From: an uncultured Chloroflexia bacterium
Lineage (GTDB): Bacteria > Chloroflexota > Limnocylindria > Limnocylindrales > CSP1-4
Assembly (NCBI GenBank): GCA_963835945.1
Contig: CAWIHR010000011.1
Coordinates: forward strand, 2,447-66,446
Direction of reading: 5' to 3'
DNA length: 64,000 nucleotides
The notes below the pieces were generated by a model that worked only from the letters and a program-made list of their open reading frames with translations, was not told where the DNA came from and did no database searches. A program made the translations under genes and the position numbers. Positions 28,927-40,252 of the stretch are shown here, piece after piece (position 1 is the first letter of the stretch; every line of letters starts with the position of its first letter).

Positions 28927-29027
28927 GGGCGTGGGCGCAGGTGGCACCCGTCGTGCGCACAGCCCCGCTCGCGGGCAGGCTGAAGCCGAAGCCAGGGCTT
29001 CCCTAGTCTGACCTGCGCTCCGTAACC

Positions 29028-29063
29028 GGCAAGCCGTCCGGGGTGTTCTCCGGGCGGCTTGCC
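29028..29063 (+). terminator. Stem-loop downstream of the beta-helix gene (terminator-like, no T tract)
   Basis: GGCAAGCCG (29028-29036) pairs with CGGCTTGCC (29055-29063) around an 18-nt interior, about 100 nt after the stop at 28926. Confidence 0.35.
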
Positions 29064-29227
29064 TGTGCCCTCGTGTGCGACCACCGGTCGGGTGGGCCGA
29101 GGGTCGGGATCCTTCCAGAGCAGTTACAGCGGGCCCAACTCGTTGCCTTCGAGCACGTGCGGATGAGAAAATGTTGAAAGCGTAGTCCAGCCGATCGGCT
29201 GACCGTGGGGAAGCAGGCGGCGCGGGG

Positions 29228-30618
29228 ATGGCGACACAGCCTCGCCGGACCAACCTGGGCCAGGTGTTCGGGGGCGGCCTCCGCGACTCCTCCGCGCCTA
29301 CGGTGGGCGAGTTGGCAGCTCGCGCCAGAGTTCGTCTCCCCCGGAACGTGCTCGCGCTCATCGCGTGCGTCATCCTCGCGGCGTGCAGTTCGTCGGCAAC
29401 CACGGCACCGGCAGCCAGCACGGCGGCCGGCGGTAATGGCCAGATCGTGAACATCGGAGTCGAGCTTCCGATGTCCGGAGGGGAGGCGCCGAACGGCGTG
29501 CCGACCCTCAACGGCGTGAAGCTCGCCGTGGCAGACATCAACGCGGCCGGTGGCATCGACGGCTACAAGTTCGGCGTCAACTCGCAGGACGACGCCGTCA
29601 ACGGCGTCAACAACCCGCAGCAGGGCGCCAAGAACATCACGACGCTCGTCAACGACACGCTCGGTCATCGCGCGTGGTCGGGCCGTTCAACTCGGGCGTC
29701 GCCGAGGCGGAGATCCCGATCAGCAACGCCGCGGGCCTGCTGCAGTGCAGCCCGGCGAACACCAACCCGGGCCTGACCAAGGAATGGGGCGGCATCAGCC
29801 CGACCACGCTTCGGCCCACCCATCCCAACCAGATCGCCTACGTGCGCGTGGCATCCACGGACGACTACCAGGGCCTGGCCGGCGCGCAGATCGCCTACCA
29901 GGACATCGGCGCGCGTCGCGCCTACGTCGTGGACGACACCACGACCTACGGCGCCGGCCTCGCGGGCGTCTTCGTCACGGACTTCACTGCGATAGGCGGC
30001 ACCGTCGTCAAGCATGACGGCGCGGGCCTGAACGTCACCGACTACACGAGCCTCCTGACCGCCGCCAAGGCGCTCAACCCCGACGTCGTCTACTACGGTG
30101 GCATCACCGTCGGCGGTGCGCTACTGCGCAAGCAGATGGTCGCGGCCGGCATGGCCAACATCCCGTTCGTCAGCGACGACGGCATCAACGACGGCTCCGC
30201 CGCGACGCCGAGCTCGTTCCTCAACCTGGTCAGCCCGCAGGGTGACGCGAACACCTGGAGCACGGTCGTGGCCATGCAGGTCATCCCGAACGCGGGCGCC
30301 TTCGCCGCCAAGTACGACGCCGCCTACGGCACGAAGGCCCCGGGCGACTACAGCGCCGCGGCTTACGCGTGCACGCAGGTCATCCTCGACGCCTTCAAGC
30401 ACGTCGGCAAGCCCGACCGCGCCGGGATCCGCGAGTACATCACGAGCGGCGCCACGTTCACCACGGTTCTCGGCACGCTGCACTTCGATGCGAACGGCGA
30501 CACCAGCCAGCAGAACATCAGCGAGTACAAGTTCTCCCCGAACGCCATCGGGGGGCCTGGGTGGCTCTTCGTCAAGCAGGTCGATTTCGGCACGTCGGCA
30601 GGCGGCGCCTCCAGCTAG
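29228..30618 (+). pseudogene. ABC-transporter substrate-binding lipoprotein (branched-chain amino acid / LivJ-like family), one frame break as assembled
   Basis: Lipobox LALIACVILAACSSS, then IGVELPMSGGEAPNGVPTLNGVKLAVADINAAGGIDGY (ORF 29228-29776). After a break near 29672-29676 it reads VVGPFNSGVAEAEIPISNAAGLL...YGAGLAGVF...DVVYYGG (ORF 29674-30618). Confidence 0.8.
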
Positions 30619-30952
30619 GCCACCAGGCTGCTTCTTGCACACGCCCACGAGCGTGCGTGCATTGCCAGCCTCAGCCTCGCGTGATCGCGCTCATGGACCG
30701 GCACCATGTCGGATGACTTCGGACTGGCCCGCATGGGACTGACCCACCCGGGGACGGCCCAAGTCGCGCCGCCGCAACCTGGATAGCGCGCCGAGGACGT
30801 CGCGTGATGCTGCTCGCGCCGACTATTGGTGAGCGGCGCAAGCAGCCCGATCTCGCCCCGCGAAGTGAGGCGGCGCGAGGCCCAAGACCCCGGCCCACCC
30901 GTGCCGCGGCCGACCTACCGGGTGCCCCCTGGGGTTCGCATTCCGGAAGAAT

Positions 30953-31040
30953 TGGTAGGCGAGGTCGGGGTCGAACCGACACGCCGCTCTCGCGGCACCG
31001 GCTCCTAAGGCCGGCGCGTCTGCCATTCCGCCACTCGCCC
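30953..31040 (-). tRNA. tRNA-Leu (anticodon UAG), CCA encoded
   Basis: The reverse strand reads GGGCGAG-TG-GCGGAATGGCAGACGCG-CCGGC-CTTAGGA-GCCGG-TGCCGCGAGAGCGGCGT-GTCGG-TTCGACC-CCGAC-CTCGCCT-A-CCA. It has a 7-bp acceptor stem (G1-U72), a 5-bp anticodon stem, loop CUUAGGA, a long variable arm and a TTCGA T-loop. Confidence 0.9.
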
Positions 31041-31050
31041 GCCGGCAAGT

Positions 31051-31611
31051 CTAGCGGGCCGCGGGCTCCTTGCCCCGGGTGCCGTCTCCACGGCGGCTCC
31101 CGCTCTCTGACCGAGCCCGGTCGGGCTCAGCAGCAAACAGTCGATCGGCCAGCTGCCGGGCGGCCCGTGAGGCGATCGGCGCCGAGACACTGTCGAAGAG
31201 GTGCCAGAACGTATCGCCCCCCGTGCGGCGCTCCCGTTTCTTCCCCTTCCTGGTCCCTGCCCGATCCTGCTCGAGCCAGTCCGCGAACCCTCGCTCGAGC
31301 GCCGCCTGCACGTCGCCTCCGCCCACCTCCGCCACGATGCGCTGGACGTCCTCCGGAAGCAGCGAGGCGGCGGAATTCGCCTTCGGACGCCGCACAAGCC
31401 GGGCCACTCTGCTCGCCACCCGCTTCGGGCCACCGGCCGCGAGGAAGACGGCTCCGCCGCCGAGCGCCGCCACGCGCCCTGGGTTCCGCCGGATCTTGGC
31501 CGGGATGTCGACAGCCGAGCGCACGGCGAGATCGAGCTCGTCCACCTCCGTGGAGAGCGCCGTTCGCGCCCGCGCTACGTCCTGCCGAGCCTGGCTCGTC
31601 GTCTCGCCCAT
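31051..31611 (-). CDS. DUF3618-like hypothetical protein
   Basis: The N-terminal coiled segment SQARQDVARARTALSTEVDELDLAVRSAVDIPAKIRRNP is followed by a short hydrophobic stretch. It overlaps the upstream membrane-protein gene by ~37 nt, which is operon-like. Confidence 0.5.
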   Translation of the reverse strand: MGETTSQARQDVARARTALSTEVDELDLAVRSAVDIPAKIRRNPGRVAALGGGAVFLAAGGPKRVASRVARLVRRPKANSAASLLPEDVQRIVAEVGGGDVQAALERGFADWLEQDRAGTRKGKKRERRTGGDTFWHLFDSVSAPIASRAARQLADRLFAAEPDRARSESGSRRGDGTRGKEPAAR

Positions 31612-32420
31612 TCGCTCTCCAGCCAGTCTTTCGTTTCCATCGCGGTGTCGTACGACTCCTTAGGCCAAAGCCGACGGAATCGGGCTGTCGGATCGACCTG
31701 CGCGCGCAGCAGGAGTAGCGGCATCAGCGCGCCCCAGACGACCAGCCCGATCGCGATCCCGATGGCGACCGCGCCGTGCCAGCTGAACGTCAGCCCAGCC
31801 CAGCCCCAACCGACGAAGGCGCCACCGATCGCTCCGAGGACAAGCCCCGCGATGCCGCCCCCGGCGCCGCCGGCTCGGCCAAGCCCGATCAGCCCGACCA
31901 GCCCCACCACGACCGCCCCAACGACCACGCCCACGACGGCCGGTGTCCACGCCGGATCGAGGTTCGGGAAGGGGCCCGACCGCAGCTGGGTCCCGAGCTG
32001 CTCGGCGGCGCGGCGCGCCAGGTTCGCGCCGAGGACGGCCGACACGACGATCCCCGCCAGGACTGCCACCACAAGCGGCGTCGTGACTACGCGACGAGGC
32101 GCCCCGACCAGAACCATGGCTGTCGCCACGATCACCGCAACCGAGAGCAGGACGCCGAGCAGAGCCCCCCACCCGATCGAGCCGAACAGCCACTCGCCAA
32201 TGAAGAGCGCTCCGCCGATCGCCATGAGCTGAGCGGCGAACAGCGCGACCGCGACGATAACGGCGGCAAGCGCCGAGATGACCTTGATCTCAGCAACGAT
32301 GTCGCCAAGCTCGGCCTTAAGCAGGGACAGGTGCGCCTGTGCGAGGCCGACGGCCGCCTCCCTGACGCGCCCCAGCTCCTCCCGCACGCCTGGCGCGGCG
32401 CGCGGCGGCTCTCCACCCAC
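31575..32420 (-). CDS. Membrane protein with Holin-X/DUF1469-like N-terminal part and Gly-rich TM helices
   Basis: VREAAVGLAQAHLSLLKAELGDIVAEIKVISALAAVIVAVALFAAQLMAIG resembles the 'phage holin family' proteins commonly paired with DUF3618 genes. Several further TM helices follow. Confidence 0.5.
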   Translation of the reverse strand: MGGEPPRAAPGVREELGRVREAAVGLAQAHLSLLKAELGDIVAEIKVISALAAVIVAVALFAAQLMAIGGALFIGEWLFGSIGWGALLGVLLSVAVIVATAMVLVGAPRRVVTTPLVVAVLAGIVVSAVLGANLARRAAEQLGTQLRSGPFPNLDPAWTPAVVGVVVGAVVVGLVGLIGLGRAGGAGGGIAGLVLGAIGGAFVGWGWAGLTFSWHGAVAIGIAIGLVVWGALMPLLLLRAQVDPTARFRRLWPKESYDTAMETKDWLESEWARRRARLGRT

Positions 32421-32613
32421 TGACGGGGACTCCGGGGCAGGCGCGGCGGGATCCTGCGCGGGATTGGGATTGTTGGCCAGCGGACTCTCCTCTGCTCTGG
32501 CCTGCGCGCGCCCGTGGATCGCGGCAGGGACGGGTGTTAGCGGTGATCAGGATACTGCGCGCGGTGTCTTCTGGAGCCACGCCCTGGACGATCCGGCTGT
32601 GTGCCGTTCACGC

Positions 32614-32644
32614 GACATGGCGGCGGGGAACCCGCCGCCATGTC
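32614..32644 (-). terminator. Perfect 14-bp stem-loop downstream of groEL
   Basis: GACATGGCGGCGGG-GAA-CCCGCCGCCATGTC lies 65-95 nt after the groEL stop (32709) and before the next gene start (32420). There is no U tract. Confidence 0.5.
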
Positions 32645-32708
32645 GTACGTGGTCTTGATGCCGGTATTGTCTCGGCGCCCGGCCCTGCCCGCTAAAGCCG
32701 CCTCTGGG

Positions 32709-34439
<1,731 letters not shown>

Positions 34440-34466
34440 TTAGCACTCTCAGGGTCAGATTGCTAA
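34440..34466 (-). promoter_or_regulatory. CIRCE operator (HrcA binding site) in the groEL leader
   Basis: TTAGCACTC-N9-GATTGCTAA has one mismatch to the consensus TTAGCACTC-N9-GAGTGCTAA and lies ~90 nt upstream of the groEL ATG. On the groEL strand a TTGACG hexamer (34483-34488) lies 17 nt upstream of TAGCAA, which overlaps the operator. Confidence 0.8.
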
Positions 34467-34659
34467 CACATGTCGCCTCGGGCGTCAAGGTGCCGCCTCT
34501 CGTTCTGCCGCCAGGCGCGTCAAAGGCCCGCCGCGAGCAGCGCCCAGGTCGCGAGCAATGGCGCTTGGGCCCAGAGTCCGTAGCCGCGCGGGGCGGCCGT
34601 CGGACATCCCACCGATGGCTGTCGGCGCGGCAGCCGCGCGCGTGCGCTACGCTGCGACG

Positions 34660-35868
34660 ATGGTGGCGTCTTCTCCTCGCCGGGCCGTCATCCTCGCCAT
34701 CGGCAGCGAACTCACCAGCGGCGAGACGCGTGACACGAACAGCGGCGACATCGCGGCAGATCTGAGCCGTATGGGCGTGCGCGTCGTTCGCATGGCACAG
34801 CTTCCCGATGACCTCGACGCCGTTGCCGAGTCGTTTCGCTGGGCGATCGAGACTGCGGACCTCGTGGTGAGCACCGGCGGTTTAGGCCCGACACCCGACG
34901 ACCTCACGCGCGAGGCGCTCGCGCAGGCCCTCGGAGAGACGCCGACTGTCGACCCCGACCTCGAGCGCTGGCTCCTCGCGCTGTTCGAGCGACGGGGCAT
35001 GAGGATGCCTGCGACGAACCGCAAGCAGGCGTGGCTGATCCCCAGTGCAGAGGCGTTGCCGAACCGCCACGGGACGGCGCCGGGTTGGTGGGTTGAGCGC
35101 GACGGCCAAGTCCTGGTCGCGCTGCCCGGCCCGCCACGCGAGGCTCGGCCGATGTGGCTGGAGGACGTTCTCCCTCGGCTGCAGGAGCGGGGACTGGGCG
35201 CCGAGGTTGCCGTGCGGACCCTGCGTCTGACGGGAATCGGCGAGTCGCACGTCGCGGAGGCCCTCGGCGAGCGACTGCTCCGCGCGGAGAACCCGATCGT
35301 GGCCACGTACGCGCGGCACGACGCCGTGGACGTGCGCATCACAGCACGTCCGGCCACCGACGAAGACGGCGGGTCGCGCTCCGCCGCCGAGCTCCTCGAC
35401 GAAACAGAGCGCATCGTCGAGGCAGCGCTCCGCGAGCACGTGTTCGCCCGCGACGACGAGACGTGGCCGGACGTGCTGGGCCAGCGGCTGGACCGACGCC
35501 GCGTGGCCACCTGGGAGCGCGGTACGGGCGGGGCGCTTGCCGCGCTGCTGGGCAATGCCCGCTGGTTCACGTTGGGTGAGGTGGACGGCCGCCCCAGTGG
35601 GAGGGACGAACCGAGGGAAGACCTGGCGACGATCGCCGGGCGGATGCGCGAACGATCAGGAGCGGAGGTCGGCGTGGCCGTCGATGCCCGGGCAGACGGC
35701 CACGACACTGGCGTTTGCGTCGCAATCGACCTCGACGGAGTCCTTGTGACCGATGCTCGCACGGCCTTCCTCGACGGCGAACAGGGGCGGCATCGGGCAG
35801 CCCTAGCCGCGTGCGCCCTGCTTTGGCAGGCGCTCGGAACGGCGGTCGGCCGCGCGGCAGGATCCTAG
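34660..35868 (+). CDS. cinA: CinA-family protein (MoCF-type domain plus PncC-like NMN deamidase domain)
   Basis: MVASSPRRAVILAIGSELTSGETRDTNS...VVSTGGLGPTPDDLTREALA...NRHGTAPGWW. The tracked ORF starts earlier, at 34558. Confidence 0.85.
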   Translation: MVASSPRRAVILAIGSELTSGETRDTNSGDIAADLSRMGVRVVRMAQLPDDLDAVAESFRWAIETADLVVSTGGLGPTPDDLTREALAQALGETPTVDPDLERWLLALFERRGMRMPATNRKQAWLIPSAEALPNRHGTAPGWWVERDGQVLVALPGPPREARPMWLEDVLPRLQERGLGAEVAVRTLRLTGIGESHVAEALGERLLRAENPIVATYARHDAVDVRITARPATDEDGGSRSAAELLDETERIVEAALREHVFARDDETWPDVLGQRLDRRRVATWERGTGGALAALLGNARWFTLGEVDGRPSGRDEPREDLATIAGRMRERSGAEVGVAVDARADGHDTGVCVAIDLDGVLVTDARTAFLDGEQGRHRAALAACALLWQALGTAVGRAAGS

Positions 35869-36941
35869 CTGACCGAGAGAATCGGGACAGCGCGGGCCGC
35901 ACGCACGCTCATGCGTGCCGCGACGGTCCTGGCGAGCGCGCGCATGGCAACGGCTGCGGGCCCTGTATCTCTCTGCGCGACGGCCGGGACCCCGACATCG
36001 CCGCCCTGGCGGACGCGAACGTCGATCGGAATGCCACCGAAGTACTCGAGGTCGTTGTCCCGCGCGAACCGCTCGCCGCCGCCGCGGCCGAAGATCTCCG
36101 TAGCCTCGCCACAATGCGGGCAAACGAACGCGGTCATGTTCTCGACGATCCCCATCACGGGCACGCTCAGGCGGCGGAACATGGCCAGCGCCTTCGTGAC
36201 GTCGAGCAACGCCACGTCCTGTGGCGTCGATACCAAGACCGACCCGCTGATCGGCACGGCTTGGGCCAGCGTTAGCTGAGCGTCCGACGTCCCGGGCGGG
36301 AGGTCGACGACGAGGTAGTCCAGGTCGCCCCAATCGACGTCGCGGAGGAACTGCTGGATCGCCCCGCCGACCAGCGGCCCCCGCCAGACGATTGGCTGCC
36401 CCTCAGGCACGAAGAACTGGATCGAAATGACCTTCACGCCGTACCGCTCGAGCGGCACGATCTTGTTGCTGGGACTCGCGCTGGGCTGTCCCTCCAACCC
36501 CATCATCAGCGGGATGTCGGGTCCGGTGATGTCCGCATCGAGCAGGCCAACCGAGGCGCCGTCTTGCGCGAGCGCGACCGCGAGGTTGGTCGCCACCGTG
36601 CTCTTGCCGACACCACCCTTGCCGGACGCGACAGCGATGATGTTCTTGACGCCGGGCAGCAGCTGCTGGGGCTGGATCGGGCTGGCACGGCGGACGTTGC
36701 TCGTCCAGGTCACATCGACCCGGCGGGCCCCGAGGGACTGCAGCGTCTCCCGCGCGTTGCGTTCGATCTCGTCCTTGAGCGGGCACGCCGGCGTGGTCAG
36801 CTCGATCGTGAAGGCGACGTTCCCTTCGCCCGAGACCTGGATGTCGCGCACCATGTTGAGCGTGACGATGTCGCGTCCGAGCTCGGGCTCCTGGACAGTG
36901 CGCAGCGCGTCGAGCACGCGCGTCTCGTTGAGTTCGTTCAT
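35865..36941 (-). CDS. mrp: Mrp/NBP35/ApbC-family iron-sulfur cluster carrier ATPase
   Basis: N-terminal DUF59-like MNELNETRVLDALRTVQEPELGRDIVTLNMV, deviant Walker A ASGKGGVGKSTVA and CPHCG. Confidence 0.9.
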   Translation of the reverse strand: MNELNETRVLDALRTVQEPELGRDIVTLNMVRDIQVSGEGNVAFTIELTTPACPLKDEIERNARETLQSLGARRVDVTWTSNVRRASPIQPQQLLPGVKNIIAVASGKGGVGKSTVATNLAVALAQDGASVGLLDADITGPDIPLMMGLEGQPSASPSNKIVPLERYGVKVISIQFFVPEGQPIVWRGPLVGGAIQQFLRDVDWGDLDYLVVDLPPGTSDAQLTLAQAVPISGSVLVSTPQDVALLDVTKALAMFRRLSVPVMGIVENMTAFVCPHCGEATEIFGRGGGERFARDNDLEYFGGIPIDVRVRQGGDVGVPAVAQRDTGPAAVAMRALARTVAARMSVRAARAVPILSVS

Positions 36942-37318
36942 GCCTGGCGGTCCGCCTCGGTGTCTGGTGGCTTCGGGTCGCATCCGGGACCGGACGCGAG
37001 AACAGCGGGCGAGCAGTGGTGCTGCAGCGTGACTGAAGGTGGCGGCATTTCACGCACCTATCGCGCAGGAATCATAACCGGAAGGCGGCGATCCATCGCC
37101 CGTCCCGGGGTCGATCGCCTGTCTCCGCCCGCCCGGGCGGGCCGATGGTTCGCGGCATGCATGTGAATCCGCTTCCGGAGGCGACGGCCGGTTGCGATGC
37201 CCGGCTGCATGTGCCGGTGTCAACACTCCGTACGAACGGCCCCGTATACTCTTGAAGCCGCCGAAACCCGGCAGGACTGCGGGACGCGCGTCCGCGTCGG
37301 ATTCCCCTGTGCCTGCGA

Positions 37319-38671
37319 ATGGTCTTCAGCCCACCCAAGTGCCGAGAGAGTGCCGCCGTGATCGAACGCGCCGCCGCAGCCGCCGCTCTGCCGGATCGGT
37401 CTGTCGTCCCGGCGGTGTGGTCGCGCTACACCGATCTCGTCATCGACCACGGTGAGGGGTCTTGGCTCTTCACTGTCGAGGGCGAGCGGTACCTTGACTA
37501 CAGCTCGGGCATCGGAGTGACCAACACCGGGCACGCGCACCCACGCGTCGTGGCCGCAATCCAGGCGCAGGCGGCCAAACTCCTGCACGGGCAGCAGAAC
37601 ATCGTGTACCACGAGCCCGGCCTCCGCCTGCACGACCGGCTGAGGCGCGTGCTCCCTGGGGACGAGTGGCAGGCATTCCTGGCCAACTCCGGGGCCGAGG
37701 CCGTGGAGGCGGCGGTGAAGCTGGCGCGAGTCGCGACGGGGCGGCCGGCGATCATCGCATTCCGCGGCGGCTTCCACGGGCGGACCGGTCAGGCCATGGC
37801 GCTCACTACGTCCCGGGTGTCAATCCGGGGCGATTTCGAGCCGCTGCCTGGCTCCGTCTACCACGCCGCGTACCCCTACTGCTATCGCGCCGCCGGCGAG
37901 GGGCACGATCCCAGCGCATGCACGTGCGACTGGGAGGCGCAGCTGGAGACGCTGTTCGCCCAGGTCGTGGCGCCGTCCAAGGTCGCCGCCTTCGTGGTCG
38001 AGCCCATACTCGGAGAAGGCGGCTACGTGGTGCCCCCCGCCGACTTTCTGCCCCGCCTCCGCACGATCGCCTCACGCCACGGGATTCTCCTCGCGGCCGA
38101 CGAAGTCCAGACGGGGTTCGGGCGTACCGGCGAGCTCTTCGCCATCCGGCACGTGAACGTCACGCCGGACATCCTGATCGTCGCCAAGGGGATCGCCTCT
38201 GGGTTGCCGCTGGGTGGCATCGTAGGACGGCGCGACCTGATGGCACGCTGGTCACCTGGCGCCCACGGCGGGACCTACGGCGGAAACGCCGTGGCATGCG
38301 CGGCGGCCAATGCGACCCTTGACGTGATCGAAGACGAACACCTGGTCGAGAACGCCCGCGATCGCGGCCGGCAACTGCTCGCCGGACTTGGTGCGGTTCG
38401 CCCGCGGTTCCCGCACCTAGGAAACGTCCGCGGACTCGGGCTCATGGTCGGCCTCGAGTTCGTGCGAACGGATGCACCCGATCCGAGAACGCCAGACCCG
38501 GAGCTCGCGCATCGCGTTATCACCGGCGCGCTGGATCGCCACCTCATCGTGCTCTCCGCGGGTACCTGGGGCCAGGTCGTCCGGTTAATCCCGCCGCTAG
38601 TCACCACGCCGCGGGAGGTCGACGACGCGATCGCGATCCTGGCCGAGTCAATGGCCGGCGCCGGCGCCTGA
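37319..38671 (+). CDS. Class III PLP-dependent aminotransferase (4-aminobutyrate/ornithine aminotransferase-like)
   Basis: GIGVTNTGHAHPRVVAA, NSGAEAVEAAVKLAR, LAADEVQTGFGRTG and DILIVAKGIASGLPLG (PLP lysine). The true start may be an internal GTG near 37360. Confidence 0.85.
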   Translation: MVFSPPKCRESAAVIERAAAAAALPDRSVVPAVWSRYTDLVIDHGEGSWLFTVEGERYLDYSSGIGVTNTGHAHPRVVAAIQAQAAKLLHGQQNIVYHEPGLRLHDRLRRVLPGDEWQAFLANSGAEAVEAAVKLARVATGRPAIIAFRGGFHGRTGQAMALTTSRVSIRGDFEPLPGSVYHAAYPYCYRAAGEGHDPSACTCDWEAQLETLFAQVVAPSKVAAFVVEPILGEGGYVVPPADFLPRLRTIASRHGILLAADEVQTGFGRTGELFAIRHVNVTPDILIVAKGIASGLPLGGIVGRRDLMARWSPGAHGGTYGGNAVACAAANATLDVIEDEHLVENARDRGRQLLAGLGAVRPRFPHLGNVRGLGLMVGLEFVRTDAPDPRTPDPELAHRVITGALDRHLIVLSAGTWGQVVRLIPPLVTTPREVDDAIAILAESMAGAGA

Positions 38672-38681
38672 TCTCTGACAC

Positions 38682-40097
38682 TCAGGCCGCCGGCGAGGCT
38701 GCCTTCAACGCGTCCGGCAACGCCCGGTGCCGCTCTGGCGCCCGGACAAACCGGTCGACCACGGCGCGCGTGTCGTGCACGCGCAGCTCGTGGTAGAGCA
38801 GCTCCAGCTTCTGCGCCTGGGTGGCGAGGATCTCGTCCTTCGTCTCCAGCTCCCAGAGCCGGCGCTTGAGCGGGCCGAGCGCCTTCTTGCGTGTCTTGTA
38901 GACGAACTGCTGCTCGGTCTCACCTTCCTTGCGCTCGTCCATCGCGTTCGCATGGACCCACACCTCGACCTCATCGAGGAGCGCCTTCGGTGCGGCGGGG
39001 TGGTCGTAGAGGGTGTTCTGGAACCCAGTGGCCAGATGAATCTCCGCCGTTTCGACCTCGGGGAAGCGGTGAAACAGCTCGTCGGGCAAGGTGGACGCGC
39101 CGTGCTGTACCGCGCCAGCGAGCCCGTACTCACGGCAGACCGCCGAGAGCCGGCGGATGGTGTCGAAGTCGACCTTGACTTGTGCGACGCCGCCGCCCGG
39201 CAGCGGCACGCCTCCGTGGCTCGTACCAGTCTGGATGCTGACCTTCGATAGACCGCGTGCGCCAACTCCTGCCCGACCGTCCAGCTCCCGCCGGAAGCCA
39301 TCGAGGAACGCCCGCAGTTCCGGCTCCGTCGAGTTCTGCTTGCCGACCTCGCCGATCTCGCCGCCGATGCTGATTTCGAGTCCCTCAGGCTCGAGCGCGC
39401 GGATGAGCGCGGCCAGCTCCGCGGCGCGTTCGTAGTTTGTGCGCTGTTCCTCGTCGACATTGGGCTTGGACAGGTCGACGAGCGTAGAGCTATCGATATC
39501 GATGTTGCCGTACCCCGCTGTGATGGCGTCGCGCGTCCCCTTCCGCAGCGACTCCGTCACAGCGTCGGGATCGGCCGCGTATTTCTTCGCGTTGAACTGG
39601 TAGTGGTCACCCTGCACGAAGACCGGCCCGGTCCAGTCGGCGGCGATCGCGCCCGCCAGACAGCTCGCGATGTACTCGGCTGGTCGCTGGTACGTATACT
39701 CCTGCTCGCTCCGCGCCAGCTCGAGGATCAACGCCCCCACGTCGTGCCGGCGTGCAACCTCGTACACCGTCCGCGCCATATCAAAGACCTGCGTGCGGAG
39801 GTTCATGGCGGGCACTGTGAAGCCGCCCACCTCGCCCCGGCCACGTGCCATGTAGAGCTCCTGGATGCTGGCGGAGCGCGCCCCCAGCTCCTGCGATGCC
39901 TCCCACACGATCCAGCGCGCCGCCTCGACCGTCGCCGGATCCGCGCCAAACGCGCTCGTCCATGCCAAGTCGCGGATGCCCCGATCGCGGAATGCGGCCT
40001 CGTCGTCGATGACGAGCCGCTCGCCGTCGATGTGAGCGATGTCGACGAGCAAGCCGAGCAGCTGGGCCGGCGAGCCGGCAACGGTGGGCTGGGACAT
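38682..40097 (-). CDS. Class II (metal-dependent) ketose-bisphosphate aldolase family protein, long form
   Basis: GFTVPAMNLRT, VFVQGDHYQ, IDIDSS, IGGEIGEVG, QTGTSHGG and AVQHGAST. The likely start is MSQPTVAGS at 40097. Confidence 0.75.
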   Translation of the reverse strand: MSQPTVAGSPAQLLGLLVDIAHIDGERLVIDDEAAFRDRGIRDLAWTSAFGADPATVEAARWIVWEASQELGARSASIQELYMARGRGEVGGFTVPAMNLRTQVFDMARTVYEVARRHDVGALILELARSEQEYTYQRPAEYIASCLAGAIAADWTGPVFVQGDHYQFNAKKYAADPDAVTESLRKGTRDAITAGYGNIDIDSSTLVDLSKPNVDEEQRTNYERAAELAALIRALEPEGLEISIGGEIGEVGKQNSTEPELRAFLDGFRRELDGRAGVGARGLSKVSIQTGTSHGGVPLPGGGVAQVKVDFDTIRRLSAVCREYGLAGAVQHGASTLPDELFHRFPEVETAEIHLATGFQNTLYDHPAAPKALLDEVEVWVHANAMDERKEGETEQQFVYKTRKKALGPLKRRLWELETKDEILATQAQKLELLYHELRVHDTRAVVDRFVRAPERHRALPDALKAASPAA

Positions 40098-40252
40098 CGT
40101 GTCCTCCAATGGCGGGACGCCCGACGCTTCCAATGCAGACTAGGGTCGACTTGTTGACGTCGCGAATCGTACCGCGCTGGACCTATGTTCCGAGGCGCGG
40201 GGGCCGCTGGCCGTAGCCGGTTGCCCGCAGTATCCGCAGAGGGCGCTGCGCG

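Noticed and set aside
1-30650. Programmed ribosomal frameshifting or recoding as an explanation for the frame breaks
   Set aside because: The breaks occur in about a dozen unrelated genes, some of them several times per gene. They lie at sites with no shared slippery heptamer or downstream structure, and conserved residues resume immediately in the new frame. Indels (real or artefactual) are the simpler explanation.
30619-31050. tRNA-Leu as an integration hot spot for a genomic island
   Set aside because: There is no integrase gene next to the tRNA, and I noticed no repeat of its 3' end. The flanks are an ordinary solute-binding gene and a DUF3618-type gene. I could not run an exhaustive repeat search by eye.
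37054-37318. Possible riboswitch or leader RNA ahead of the aminotransferase, and likewise the 100-bp spacer 44284-44382 ahead of the MetE-like genes
   Set aside because: I could not match either to a known riboswitch consensus (SAM, cobalamin, glycine, etc.). The MetE spacer is too short for most of them.
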